Shown piece by piece: positions 51,580-62,427 of a DNA stretch of 64,000 nucleotides (its first letter is position 1; each line of letters begins with the position of its first letter). The notes beneath the pieces are model-generated. The model worked only from the letters and a program-made list of their open reading frames with translations. It did no database searches and had not been told where the DNA came from. The position numbers were made by a program, and so were the translations under genes. Origin of the DNA: Fonticula alba ATCC 38817 (Eukaryota; Protista; Nucleariida); assembly GCA_000388065.2 (NCBI GenBank), contig KB932207.1; one strand, 5' to 3'.

Positions 51580-52255
51580 ACAACAACATCCTCTCTCTCT
51601 CTCTCTCTCTGCCCCCCCTCCGCCCCCGCACAAACGCCCAAGCTAACGCGCCCCACCCGCTCGCACAGGTTGATTGGCTTACGCAGAAGATGCGCGCGCA
51701 GAACTTCACCGTCTCTGCCATGCATGGGGAGATGCCCCAGAAGGAGCGCGATCTGATCATGCAGGAGTTCCGCTCCGGCAACTCGCGCATCCTCATCACC
51801 ACCGACATCTGGGCCCGTGGTATCGACGTGTCGCTGGTGTCGCTGGTCCTCAACTACGATCTGCCTCTCAATCGAGAGCAGTATCTCCACCGCATCGGTC
51901 GCTCTGGTCGCTTCGGTCGCCGTGGTATGGCCATCAACTTTGTCAAGCCGGACGAGGCCTCCCAGCTCCGTGAGATTGAGCAGTACTACGGCACCATCAT
52001 CAGTGAGATGCCCATCAACCGTACGTCATAGCATCTCCGTTTGCCGCGCCCCCTGGACTCGGTGTAATTTCCCTCCCCCCCCCCCTCTCTCTCTCTTTCC
52101 TTCCCCCCTTGCCCCCTGTGCTTATCTTCTTGCACATAGGTCTTCTCACGCACACTTGTCCACCCACTGACACTCATGCATGTCCCTTCCTCCCCCCCTC
52201 CCCCTTCTGCCGGTGGGCATTTCCGCTCATCCACCCAGTTTCCGACCTTGTTTAA
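50206..52255 (+). CDS. EIF4A3: DEAD-box helicase eIF4A-III (exon junction complex core); 6 exons, last exon 52239-52255
   Basis: Q motif, [73 protein letters not shown]; spliced end MPINLSDLV* parallels eIF4A3 MPMNVADLI. Confidence 0.93.
51457..51590 (+). repeat. (CAG)n-rich trinucleotide repeat inside eIF4A3 intron 4
   Basis: About 45 CAG/CAA/CAT units. Confidence 0.95.
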
Positions 52256-52928
52256 AATGCCGACCTTTGGCAAGCCATTTTTCTCCTCCCCCTCCTTGGC
52301 GTGGTCGAGTCAGTCCCTCTCCCTCCCACTTTTTCCCTTCCTCAGTGTTTCTTGCGTGCGGGTGCGATGTCCCCCCTCCCCTCCCCTTCGTCCCCCTTCC
52401 CCTCGCCCCAGCGTGTCGAACTAGTCAGCCGCCGCCACCGCCGCTGGGGGTCCCGGCTCGCAGGGGACCTCCCTTTCTCCTTCTCTCTTTCTCCCCTCCC
52501 CCCCCCCCTCTCTCTCTCTCTCCCCCCCCCATCTCCACGTCCAATGTACCATATCCCCCCTCTTTAAGGGGAGCGGTGCTCGCGCTCCCTCAGAGAGGCC
52601 TGCATCGCGGCACGAACTCCGGCGTCCTGAATGCCAAGGAAAATACAGAATTCCCCCCTTTTGCTGTCCTACCTTGCAGCTCCCCTTCCTTTCTGCGGTA
52701 ATATGGCGCACAGCAGGAGGGTAGCGGGCACACGCTCTTAGCACACTTATGCCCTGTGGGCGGGGCTAGTCCACCCGGGGNNNNNNNNNNNNNNNNNNNN
52801 NNNNNNNNNNNNNNNNNNNNNNNNNNNNNNNNNNNNNNNNNNNNNNNNNNNNNNNNNNNNNNNNNNNNNNNNNNNNNNNNNNNNNNNNNNNNNNNNNNNN
52901 NNNNNNNNNNNNNNNNNNNNNNNNNNNN

Positions 52929-52966
<38 letters not shown>

Positions 52967-53098
52967 CGTGTGAGAGGCCCAAGAAAGAGCCTTGGTGGGT
53001 GCGCCGAGGAGGATGCCGCCTGATTCCGAGCAGGAGGGTGCGAATGACGACTGAATGCATGTGCATGTTACGCCCCTCGCGGCGAAGAAGGACAATGT

Positions 53099-53101
53099 CA
53101 A

Positions 53102-53184
<83 letters not shown>

Positions 53185-53207
53185 ACAACAGCAACAACAA
53201 CAACATC
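53099..53207 (+). repeat. (AACAGC)n hexamer repeat upstream of SCAMP
   Basis: About 13 perfect units plus (AAC)n. Confidence 0.95.
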
Positions 53208-53422
53208 GTCGCCGGCGACCGAGGCAGCCTTGTCATCGAAGCGGGGCAGGGAGCATTCGCTGCACACTGGCCGTGTGCGCAAGATGCAGACGTGGGGGGG
53301 GGGGGGTCCATTTTCTGGAGGTGCCGCCAGCAAAGCGGCATCGCATCTTTCCCACTACCTTCTCCTCCCCCCCCCCCTCCTCCCCTCCCCCCTCCACCCC
53401 CCTCCGCCTCCACTTCCTTGCC

Positions 53423-54856
53423 ATGTCCAACCCGTTTGACGCGTCGGGCGCCGACGACACAGCCCTCCTGTCCGCGGCCGCCACGCAGGGCGGTGCTTAT
53501 GGCACCTCGCACACCAGCGCCTACGACTCGGGCACCCCGTTCCCCAATGCGTATGACACGTCCAGCTCCGGTCATGGCGGGTTTGCCCCCATTGGCGGGG
53601 CCTATGGCACCAGCGACAACACGGCATCCATGTATGACAGCTCATCGGACACGCCGGCCCCGGCGGCCGCTGCCGCGGCCACCAGCCAGCCAGTCGTCTC
53701 TGGGTCCACCCCGGCACCGAATTGGCCGCCCTTCCGGCCGATGATCTACCACTCGATTCAGTGCGCTCGCCTGGCCCCGGCTTTCCTCCTCCCCCGCTGT
53801 CCACCCGGCCATGGCCAATCGTGAGTATTGACGCGTGCGATTATCTTGGCGCCGCTTCTCCCCTCCTCCCCCTCGCTCCCCACCCCAAGGGGCGACATCC
53901 CGACCCCCTACCAGTCCCTGGCGAAGAAGGCCTACTTCTTGAACTTTGTCATGCTCACGACCCTGGTGCTGAACTTCTTCGGTGGTATTGCCATTGTGGC
54001 TACCGGTACGCGCGTTCCCTGCCGCCCAGCCAGTGGCCATCGGGGCCCGGCTTCTTTTGTGTTTCTTTTTTCCCTTTTTCCTCCTTTCGCTGATCCCCNN
54101 NNNNNNNNNNNNNNNNNNNNNNNNNNNNNNNNNNNNNNNNNNNNNNNNNNNNNNNNNNNNNNNCTGCCCGCGCTCCCTCCTGTGCCCGGCCTTCCGACCC
54201 TCAGGCAACAGCGTGTGGGATCTGATCTATTCGGTGATCTTCCTGCTGCTCGTCCCGCCGGGTGCCTTTTACCTGTGGTACCTGCGCGCATATCGCGCCC
54301 TGCAGCATGACAGCGCCCTGCAGTTCTGGATCTTCTTTGCGTCGGGCGTGGTGAACATCGGCTTTGCCCTGTACGGTGTCCTGGGCCCCTACAAGACCGG
54401 CGCCGTGGGCATCATCAACATGATCCGGCTGTTCGACAGCGGGAAGATCGGCGGCGGTGTGGTGGCCCTGCTGTCCACCGTCGGCTGGGTCTTCTGGTCC
54501 ATCCTCTCCTTCCTGATTTTCACCTCCATGCTGCGCCGCTACCGCGAGCGTGGCCACACCTTCCAGGAGGTGCGTGCACTTTTTGTTTGGGCCTCTGTCT
54601 CCTCTTTGCCTCCCTCCCCTGCTCTGGGGCCTCCTCCACGCACCGTCCGTGTACCTGGGTGGGAGCATGTCCCCTCCCCACCGGCCTCACTGACCCGACC
54701 CCACCCTGCTTCGGATCGTGCCCCTTCCTTCCGCGGCACATGCCTGCGCGCGAATAGGCCCGCAACCAGGCCATGACCAAGGCCGCCACCAATCCCGACG
54801 TCCAGAGCGCCGCCCTTACCGGTGCCACGGCCGCGGCCCAGAGCTACTATGTCTAA
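53423..54856 (+). CDS. SCAMP: Secretory carrier membrane protein (SCAMP)
   Basis: N-terminal NPF motif (MSNPFD), NWPPFRPMIYHSIQGDIP, E-peptide-like FYLWYLRAYRALQHDSALQFWIFF, four TM helices, ends TKAATNPDVQSAALTGATAAAQSYYV*. Confidence 0.9.
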
Positions 54857-55451
54857 AAGCAGGAGGGCCTGGCAGGGGCACTGATCGTCCCCCCTCCCCC
54901 CTTCTCGATGCGCAGAACGTCCCGGTGGTGAGCACCGTGCGCGCCCGCGTGCCCACTATTTTTTGGGCAAGCCAATAAAAACAATCCCTCTGATCGAGGT
55001 CAGCCCACTCGTCGAGAGGGGGCAGCGGGGTCGGGCTCGCGCAGACACCTGCATTCGAGGGGGGTACCTTCGGCCGGCGCCGACCCGGGGCTGAGAGTCT
55101 CAGGAGGTTCTGATGACTGAGGGGCCAACGGTGAAATTGGCGCACCCAGTGGCAGATGCTTCCTCCCCAATGGAATGCTATTCTACTCCTAGTACCAACG
55201 CTTGGGCTGTGCCAGGGAGCTTTTCTGGCCCCCCTCTCTTGAGGGGGAGCCCCTCGCGTTTTCCGTAGGTCCACGCATCCATCCTGCCCGGCGCGAGGTG
55301 TGCACCCGAGAGGGGGAGGGGGGGAGAGCAGGGAGGGAGACGGGCCATTGTTGGGTGTCGCCCGGGCGGGCGACGCCATGAACGCACGTTCATTTGGGCC
55401 ACCACGGCCAGGGCCCGTGCTGCCGGGCGGCTTTCCCTTTCTCCAAAGAAG

Positions 55452-55485
<34 letters not shown>

Positions 55486-55755
55486 TCCCACCCCCCCCCC
55501 CCCCGCCCCCCCCCCCCTTGCAAAGTATATATCCCCCACGCTTGATCCACCCGACTGAGTATCGCCACGCACCTAACCCGACACCCGATTTCCTGTCCTC
55601 CTTTCTCCCCATCGGACTTTGCTTTGTCGTCCTGCCCTGGCACCGTTGCCGGCAGTTCATCATGGCCGAGTATGTATTCTATTGCACTATTCGCCTCGAC
55701 TCTCCTGCCCAGCGCTGACCCCTTGGCTTTTTTTTCCTCCCCCCCTTTTTTTAGC

Positions 55756-56281
55756 ATGTCTGGTTCCCCCGGTGCCAATGAGATGACCTTCGAGCAGATC
55801 AAGGAGACCGCCCTCTTCCAGATGCAGATGAACATCGTCCAGACCCTGACCTCGGTATGTCCCATCTCTCTGCCCTTCGCTCCCCCTTTTCCTTCCTCCC
55901 TCTTCCTCCCCCCGTCCATCCCGCGCAACCCCGGTCCCCAGCTCACGCTTTCCCGGCTCCCCCTTTCAGGCCATCTCCGACAAGTGCTTCGAGCGCTGCG
56001 TCACCAAGCCTGGCTCCCGCCTGGACTCCAGCGAGACCGTACGCCATCCAGTTTTCTCTCTCTCTCTCTCTCTCTGCCTTTGATCGTTCCTTGAGAAATG
56101 CACACCACTCTTTCCCATCGGGGCCGTCCTCTGACTCGCTTTCCCCCTACCTCCTGGTTTGTGCTCTGTGCTCTGTGCGCAGTCCTGCGTGTCTCGCTGC
56201 ACCCAGCGTTTCCTGGAGGCCCGCTCCATCGTGGCTGCCGCCTATGTCAAGGCCAGCTCTGCCTCCCGCGAGTTCGAGTAA
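55756..56281 (+). CDS. TIM13: Small Tim chaperone, Tim13-like (exons 55756-55854, 55970-56038, 56183-56281; 88 aa)
   Basis: Twin CX3C: SDKCFERCVTKPGSRLDSSETSCVSRCTQRFLEARSIVAAAY. Confidence 0.8.
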
Positions 56282-56499
56282 GTCTCCCCCCCTCCTCCTC
56301 CCCACCTGCCTTACCGTGCCGCCCGGTTCACTCCATTCCCCATACTCTTTCAGCCCTGCTCTCCTGCCATCATTTTCCTCCCTGGCCGACTGAAGATAAA
56401 TCACCACTTTCCAATCTATGTGTCTATCTATTCCTGCGAAGAGGAGTAGGGGGGGGGGCATGGGGCGAGGAAGAGAGGGGAAGGTATGTCGAGGGGAAC

Positions 56500-58356
56500 C
56501 TACGTCGATGGGCTGTCGTCCAGCGCACGTAGGGCTCGGCGCACCCGCGCTAGCAGATCCTGCGGAGGCGGGGTCAAAGCGAGGGGGCACCGGCCGAGGG
56601 GGGGGGGGGGGGGGGTCAGTAAGCAGCATGGCCGCTGGTCGACGGCAGCCAGTGTGGGGGAATGGTGCCAAAGCACACGTACCACCGCACGCCAGAGGGC
56701 ACTGTCAATGAAGCTGGCTCCTGGATCGGCGTAAACATAAAAGCTGTCGGGCAGAGCATGAGCCGAGCGCAGGACCTCGATATCGGAGCAGGGCCCAAGC
56801 GGAGGGGCCCCATCACCGCCGAAGCTGGATCCGCGGCCGCCCTGCAGGATGAAATAGTTCTGTCTATGGGCGTAGCTTTGCTGCACCCGGCGCCAAGTGC
56901 TGGAGGTCCACCGCAGGGGCCCGGCACTTTGGGCCGCGTCCAGCCCGGCCACCGAGGGGATGAGCAAATGCTGGTCCACCCAGGTGACTGACAGGTCCCA
57001 TGAATACTGGACCAGCAGGAGCAGTTGCAAGAGGAGCTGCCGCGCGGCGGCCACCACCTGGCCCGGGGGCCCGAGGGTGGGATCCGGCTCGCAGGAGGCC
57101 AGGCTGGCCGCCTTGGTGGTCCCATCCGCGGTGCCGCTGTTGGGCGGGGTGGCCACGGGGCCGGCAAAATGCCCGGCCTTGGCATTGTGCCGGCCACTGA
57201 AATAGGCGTCGGTGAATTCGCTGAAGGTAACCCGTCGGTCTTCCTGATATGCCGGGGCCGGGGGTGCCGGCACGGGGCCAGGAGCAGCGGCCGTCGGATG
57301 CCGGGAAGATGGCAGGCAGGCGCCATCAAAAAGGCACGGACACTGAGCCCGATGGCCCCGGTAGCCGGAGAGCGATTGGTAGATTGGCCGCGCGATCGTG
57401 TGGAAGAAGGAGGAGAAAATCCCGGGCGAGGTGGGGGACAGGACGGCCGGGCGTCGGGCCGGGCCGCCGGGAGTGGTCGGTGCGACCAGGCTCGAGGTGC
57501 TTTGAGGCTCGACCGCGGGCGACAGGCCAAGCCCCCGATCGCAGCAGTCACAGGGAGCCCGGTCGGCGGGCGGGGGGTTGGCCGAGATCGCCCTGCGGAC
57601 AGCATGGTCATAGGGCGGCGGCGGGGAGGCGATTAATGGGACAGCATGTCGGTACTGCTGTCCCTGGAGAGCGGACACCGGGTGGTCATGGCCGAATGAG
57701 GGGGAAATTGTGGGACCAGCGGCCTCGGCCGGTTGATCGGCCGCCTCGAACAGCTGCAGGGCCTGGAATTGGTTTGAGCGCATCTTCAGCTCGTTCAGCA
57801 CGGCGTTGTATTGCTGAAGGATCTCGATGCGCTCGACGACGGCGGCGATGACACTTTCGACTGTCGCATGGTCCGGACCAAATGCCAGGCAAACAGGGAG
57901 AATTGTGGATCAAGGTCAGGGATCCATGGGGCCTTGTGTGTGCGTGTGCGTGCGTGCGTGCGTGTGGTCAGGCAGGCAAGACAGGAGATACATACACTGT
58001 GCGGACTTGGAGTGCGCGCCGGCATCCGTCGACAAGATCTCCAAATAGACCTCGGTCGCCTGGTGCAGACAACCGAAAGCCACATCAAAATGCGCAAGGT
58101 CCACCTGCAGCAGGAACTCCGAGAGGAGGTGTGAATCGGCATTGGCCGGCTCCTGGGCGGCCTCCTCGAAGGCGCGCTGGAAGTGCCTCTCAGCTGCGTC
58201 GGTCTGGGCAGGTGTGGAGAAGGGGAAGAGGCGCTGGGCCTTTGCCCGGCAGGCGGCCTGGAGAATGTGCTCCGGGATCAGGACAAATGCCGCAGATTCA
58301 TGGGCCACCGCCTGGTCCATGCACTTGCCGAAAAACTTCGGCAGCGAGAAGGACAT
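56500..58356 (-). CDS. Hypothetical protein with possible N-terminal MIT-like helical bundle
   Basis: gccATG at 58356; exons join ORF 57916..58356 to 56500..57801 (AQ|FESVIAAVVERIEILQQY); DLAHFDVAFGCLHQATEVYLEIL...VIAAVVERIEIL loosely fits a MIT pattern. Confidence 0.55.
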
Positions 58357-58741
58357 GGCGGTGGGACGGAAGAAGACGATGGGACTTCAGTGGGGAGGGG
58401 GCGCAAGGGAAAAGCAGAGCTGGNNNNNNNNNNACACACACCACAGGCATACACACATCATGGACCACACGCGCACGCGCGCCGTCGATGACACACCATC
58501 GGAGTCACGTCGCGGGGTATCGTTTTGGGCGGTCGCAGTCAGCATCCACGTACAAGAGGAGGATGGAAAAGTGGGCAATGACGTGTGGGGGGATTTTTTG
58601 TTTGTCTTCCTCAGCGTGGGGAGCGCGCGCGCGCGCCATCAGACGCGCGCATGCGAGCGTGTGGCACACAGGCACACACATGCATACACGCCTCCCCATT
58701 GCACACACTCCCCCGCCCCCTTCCCCCCACAAGCGAGGGGG

Positions 58742-58790
58742 GTGCGCGCGCGCGCGCGCGCACGTGCATGCGCGCGGGATTCCGCACGCA

Positions 58791-58821
<31 letters not shown>

Positions 58822-58922
58822 CCAACACACGCCCGGAGGAAAGAGAGAGGAGCGCGCGCACAGGCGGCAGCACACAACATACACACATGGGAGGGAGCCA
58901 GACGCGCGCGCGCGCGCGCGCG
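58742..58922. repeat. Cluster of alternating purine-pyrimidine tracts ((CG)n, (CA)n)
   Basis: 35-nt perfect RY alternation at 58742-58776, (CA)n ~58784-58821, (CG)10 at 58903-58922; further (CG)n at ~58623 and ~59567. Confidence 0.85.
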
Positions 58923-60036
58923 GGCAATGTGTGGGGGGGGGGGCTGAAAACTATCCCAAGTTTACGCGAAATACAGAATCTTCAATTTTTGAAAGAGCTC
59001 GAGAGACCGCACGAGCGTGCGATAACGCGCGCTGCTTTCCGAAGGAGCGGAGGGGGGGGAGAGGGAGGCACATCCGGCGGGGGGGTCCCCCCGGGGCGGG
59101 TGCCTCCGAGCCGCGTACGGGCTCATTCGCTCCCCCCCCCCCCCCCCCCCCCCGGCATCTCTCTCTCTCTCGCTCTCTCTCACTCTCGGGCCCTTCTCTC
59201 TCTCCCTGGTGGTCTTCCCCCAGCCGGCGAGCCGGCGAGGGGGGAGCCTACCCCCTTTCCTGGGGGGCGCGCGAATGGCGACACGCACGCGCCGGCCTCC
59301 AATCCTGCCGCCCCCCCCGGGGGACCTGGGGGGCTTGTGCGAGGTCCCGCTCACCTTCTCCCCGCAAGGAGGGGAAGGTAGGCGGCACCGCACACCAGCC
59401 GCCGCGGGGGCGCGCTCCACCGCACACATGGAGTTGCACCATTCCCTCGCGCGCCGTCCCCCGTCGGGGTCGGACCTCGGCCCGGCCAGCGGCGGTGCCC
59501 TGGGAAACCACCCGTCTGCGCGTCTCGGTCCGTGTGAACGGCGGAGAGGCGAGCGGGGGCCGGGCAGCGCGCGCGCGCGCGGCGGAGAGGCGACTCGAGG
59601 AGAGGGGCGCGAGGTGGTGCTGTGGCGGGAGAGACCACCCCCCGGCGGCCGGTGTGCGACCCACACCCCCCACCGCAGAGGGGGGGGGGGAGGTGTCTCG
59701 CACGCCAGGAGCGCAGGGGCAGCAAAGCAAGGAGGGGAGGAGGCGCGCACACCATGCGCACCCTCCCGAGAGAGGGTGGGAGAGAGGATGGGGAGGGCAT
59801 GCTCGCGAAGAGCCGCGACACGAGGGGGAAAGAGAGAGAGAGAGAGAGAGGGAGGGAGGGGGGGGGGATTCGAAGAGCCGCGCATTGCAGCGGCCGCCCC
59901 GGGGGGGGTCAGTACTGCACGCACTGGTCCCTCCCGGTGCTGCCTGTCTCTCCCTGCTCCTCCGGAGAGGGGAAAGGGGAGGAGGAGAGGAGGGGGGCGG
60001 GGGCTCCCGGCTGAGGTGTCAGCGCTAGGGACGTAC

Positions 60037-60105
60037 CTGGTTGTTGAACTGGAAGTCTGGATGCTTTCCCCCTTTGGAGAGGCGAAAATACCGCCCCTTT
60101 ATATA
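60037..60105 (-). promoter_or_regulatory. Candidate TATA box plus non-coding first exon (minus strand)
   Basis: Minus strand: TATATAAA (60105-60098) followed by ~60 nt and a strong donor CAG|GTACGT at 60037/60036. Confidence 0.35.
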
Positions 60106-60202
60106 CCCCCCCCCCCCCCCCTGTCCTGCCGCTTGGACCCCCCCCCCCCGCAGCCCATCTCACCTGTCCTTCCGCATGTCGCTCTCTGGGGTCTTGCCAA
60201 AG

Positions 60203-60792
60203 CCGTTCTCATCGTGCTCGATCGTCTGTGTGACCTGTCCACGCCCATGCGTTACTCCTGGACGTACCAGGTGATGCTACACGACATCCTCAACATGAAG
60301 CTCAACAAAGTGACTCTCACGGTGCGCTGTTGCCCCCTCGAATTCCACTCCGGTCCCCGCCTTTCCCGGTGCTCCTAATCCGGAGGCCTTGGTTATTCTT
60401 CTCCCCTTACGCCGACCCAACCAATTGCTCATTCTCCCCCTCCCCTTCTCTCTCTCTCTCCCTCTCTTTCTCCCTTGCTTCCTCTCTCGCTCCCTATCCT
60501 GCTTCTCATGTGGACCCCCCTCTTTCCCCGCCACGCTCCCGTTCAACCACCTCACGTCCGCCTTAGAATGCCAACTCCGAGCGTAAGGCCTATTTCATCG
60601 ACCCGTCGGCCGGGTTCTTCCGAGACAACGCACGCCTGGACTTTTCGGATGTCGCTCGCAATGTGGATGCCGCTCTGACGGATTACCGCGTGCGCTATGA
60701 GCAGATCACCCAGATTGGCTCAGCCGCGTCGGCTCAGGCCGGTGCCATCCAGTTCGAGCAGATGTACGTCCCCCGCCCGGCGGTCAGCAGCG

Positions 60793-60854
<62 letters not shown>

Positions 60855-61781
60855 AATCCCAGCCTGCGCTAACTTGTCCCAATGGCCCCTCCCATCCCCA
60901 CTTCGTCCCTTCGTCGCTCAAGCCCCACGCACAAGGAGAGCGCCGATCGCCTGCTGTCGGCCATGAGCGAATTGCCGGAGCTCACGCGCAAGAAGGAAAC
61001 CATCGACGCGCACATGACCCTGGGAACCGAGCTGCTTGGGCACATCAAGGCTCGGTCCTTGGATGCCTTCGTGAAGGCCGACCCGGCGAGCCTGAATGTC
61101 GGCAGCCTGTTGGCCATCATCCGCGACATCAGCAAGGGCACGCCGGCCGACAAAACCCGCCTGGCCTTCCTCTTCCTGGACGCCATGCTGATGGAGGAAA
61201 TTCGGGCGTCGGCCAGCGCCGGTGGTGGCGGCGGCGGCGGTGTCGGGGTCGGTGGCGGTGGCGGGGCCGGGACGGGCCCCGGGGCGGCCGGCCCCGGGTC
61301 CCAGCCCTTTAGCCAGCATCTGCCCGAGGTGCTGGAAGCCCTGCGCCAGGGCGGCTGTGACACGGCGCCGGTGGAGTACCTTCAGCTGTCGCGCTCGCTG
61401 CATCTTATGTCTCGCTTGCCGGGGGCCGGGATGGCCGGTAGCGGTGGCGGGGCCGGCGGTGGCGGCGGGCCCGGTGGGCGGATTTTCCCCAGTCAGTTGG
61501 TGGACTCCCTGTCGGCCAACTGGTCACAGCTGGCCGGCGACACGGCCGTCGGGTCGATGCTTCGCCAAGGGGCCAAGTCCCTGCTGTCCATCCTCCCCGG
61601 GCAGCAGGCCACGCCTCTGGTGACGCGCGTGGTGGAGGAGGTCCTTAACGGGGCCCCGAGCACCTCGGTTGGCAACCTCCTGTGGCTAGACCCGCGGTCG
61701 CGACGCCGGGAGGCCCAAGCTCCGGTCGGGCGTGAGGCCGCCTTCGACGAGGCCATCGTCTGTGTGATTGGCGGTGGATCA
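60203..61781 (+). CDS. SLY1: SLY1/SCFD1 C-terminal portion (exons 60203-60321, 60567-60763, 60923-61781, cut by gap)
   Basis: VLIVLDRLCDLSTPMRYSWTYQVMLHDILNMKLNKV; FFRDNARLDFSDVARNV; LLSAMSELPELTRKKETIDAHMTLGTELLGHIKARSLD; FDEAIVCVIGGG. Confidence 0.85.
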
Positions 61782-62427
61782 NNNNNNNNNNGCGGAGGAA
61801 GGGAGAGGCGCGAGGGGGGAAGTGGGCAGAAGCTGGGAGGAGGGCGAAGCCGTGTGCCTTCGGGTCGGGACAAGATCTACCCCGGCGAAGCTGCGCGGCA
61901 AAAGCGCCACGACACCCGGGGCAACAGGCCAGAAGCTGAGCACGAAGAGAAGAGAACAGAGTTAATGCTGCCATTCGAAAAAGGGGGGCGCAGCAATCAG
62001 CCTGGAGGTCCGGAGCGCCGAGAGCCCCCGAGGGGCGATCTGAACGGCGATCGCCATGAGCGGAGTCACGCGCGGCCAGCGTCACGCGCCGGGGCCTGAT
62101 CCTCCCCCGGCTAGACACTTCTTTAATTTCCCCGTTCTGGCGGGCTTGCCCCCCCCGGCCAGTGGCCCCATCCCAGCGTCGTCCCCGGCCGCCCGCTCCG
62201 TGACGGCTGGCACAAGGGGACGGCCTTCGGGGGGGGGGTCCCAAGCATGCGCGGGATCTGTGCCAGCCTCCTTCCGTCTCCCCTCCTCCCCCCTGCCCCC
62301 CCTCCCCCCGACCATCCCTTTCTCCTGCCCTCACTCCCTCGCCGCCTTTGTCCTTTCCCCAGCCCAGCCCTCTCGCGGTCCTCGTTCCCCACCGCCTCCC
62401 GACGCCCCCGGCGCAGTGATGACCACC

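Noticed and set aside
51443-53575. Poly-Ala, poly-Leu or poly-Gln ORFs
   Set aside because: Translations of intronic/intergenic CAG and AACAGC microsatellites
61792-61972. Minus-strand MAALTLFSSLRAQLL... resembling a mitochondrial presequence
   Set aside because: No downstream exons or homology; lies in the SLY1 upstream region next to a gap
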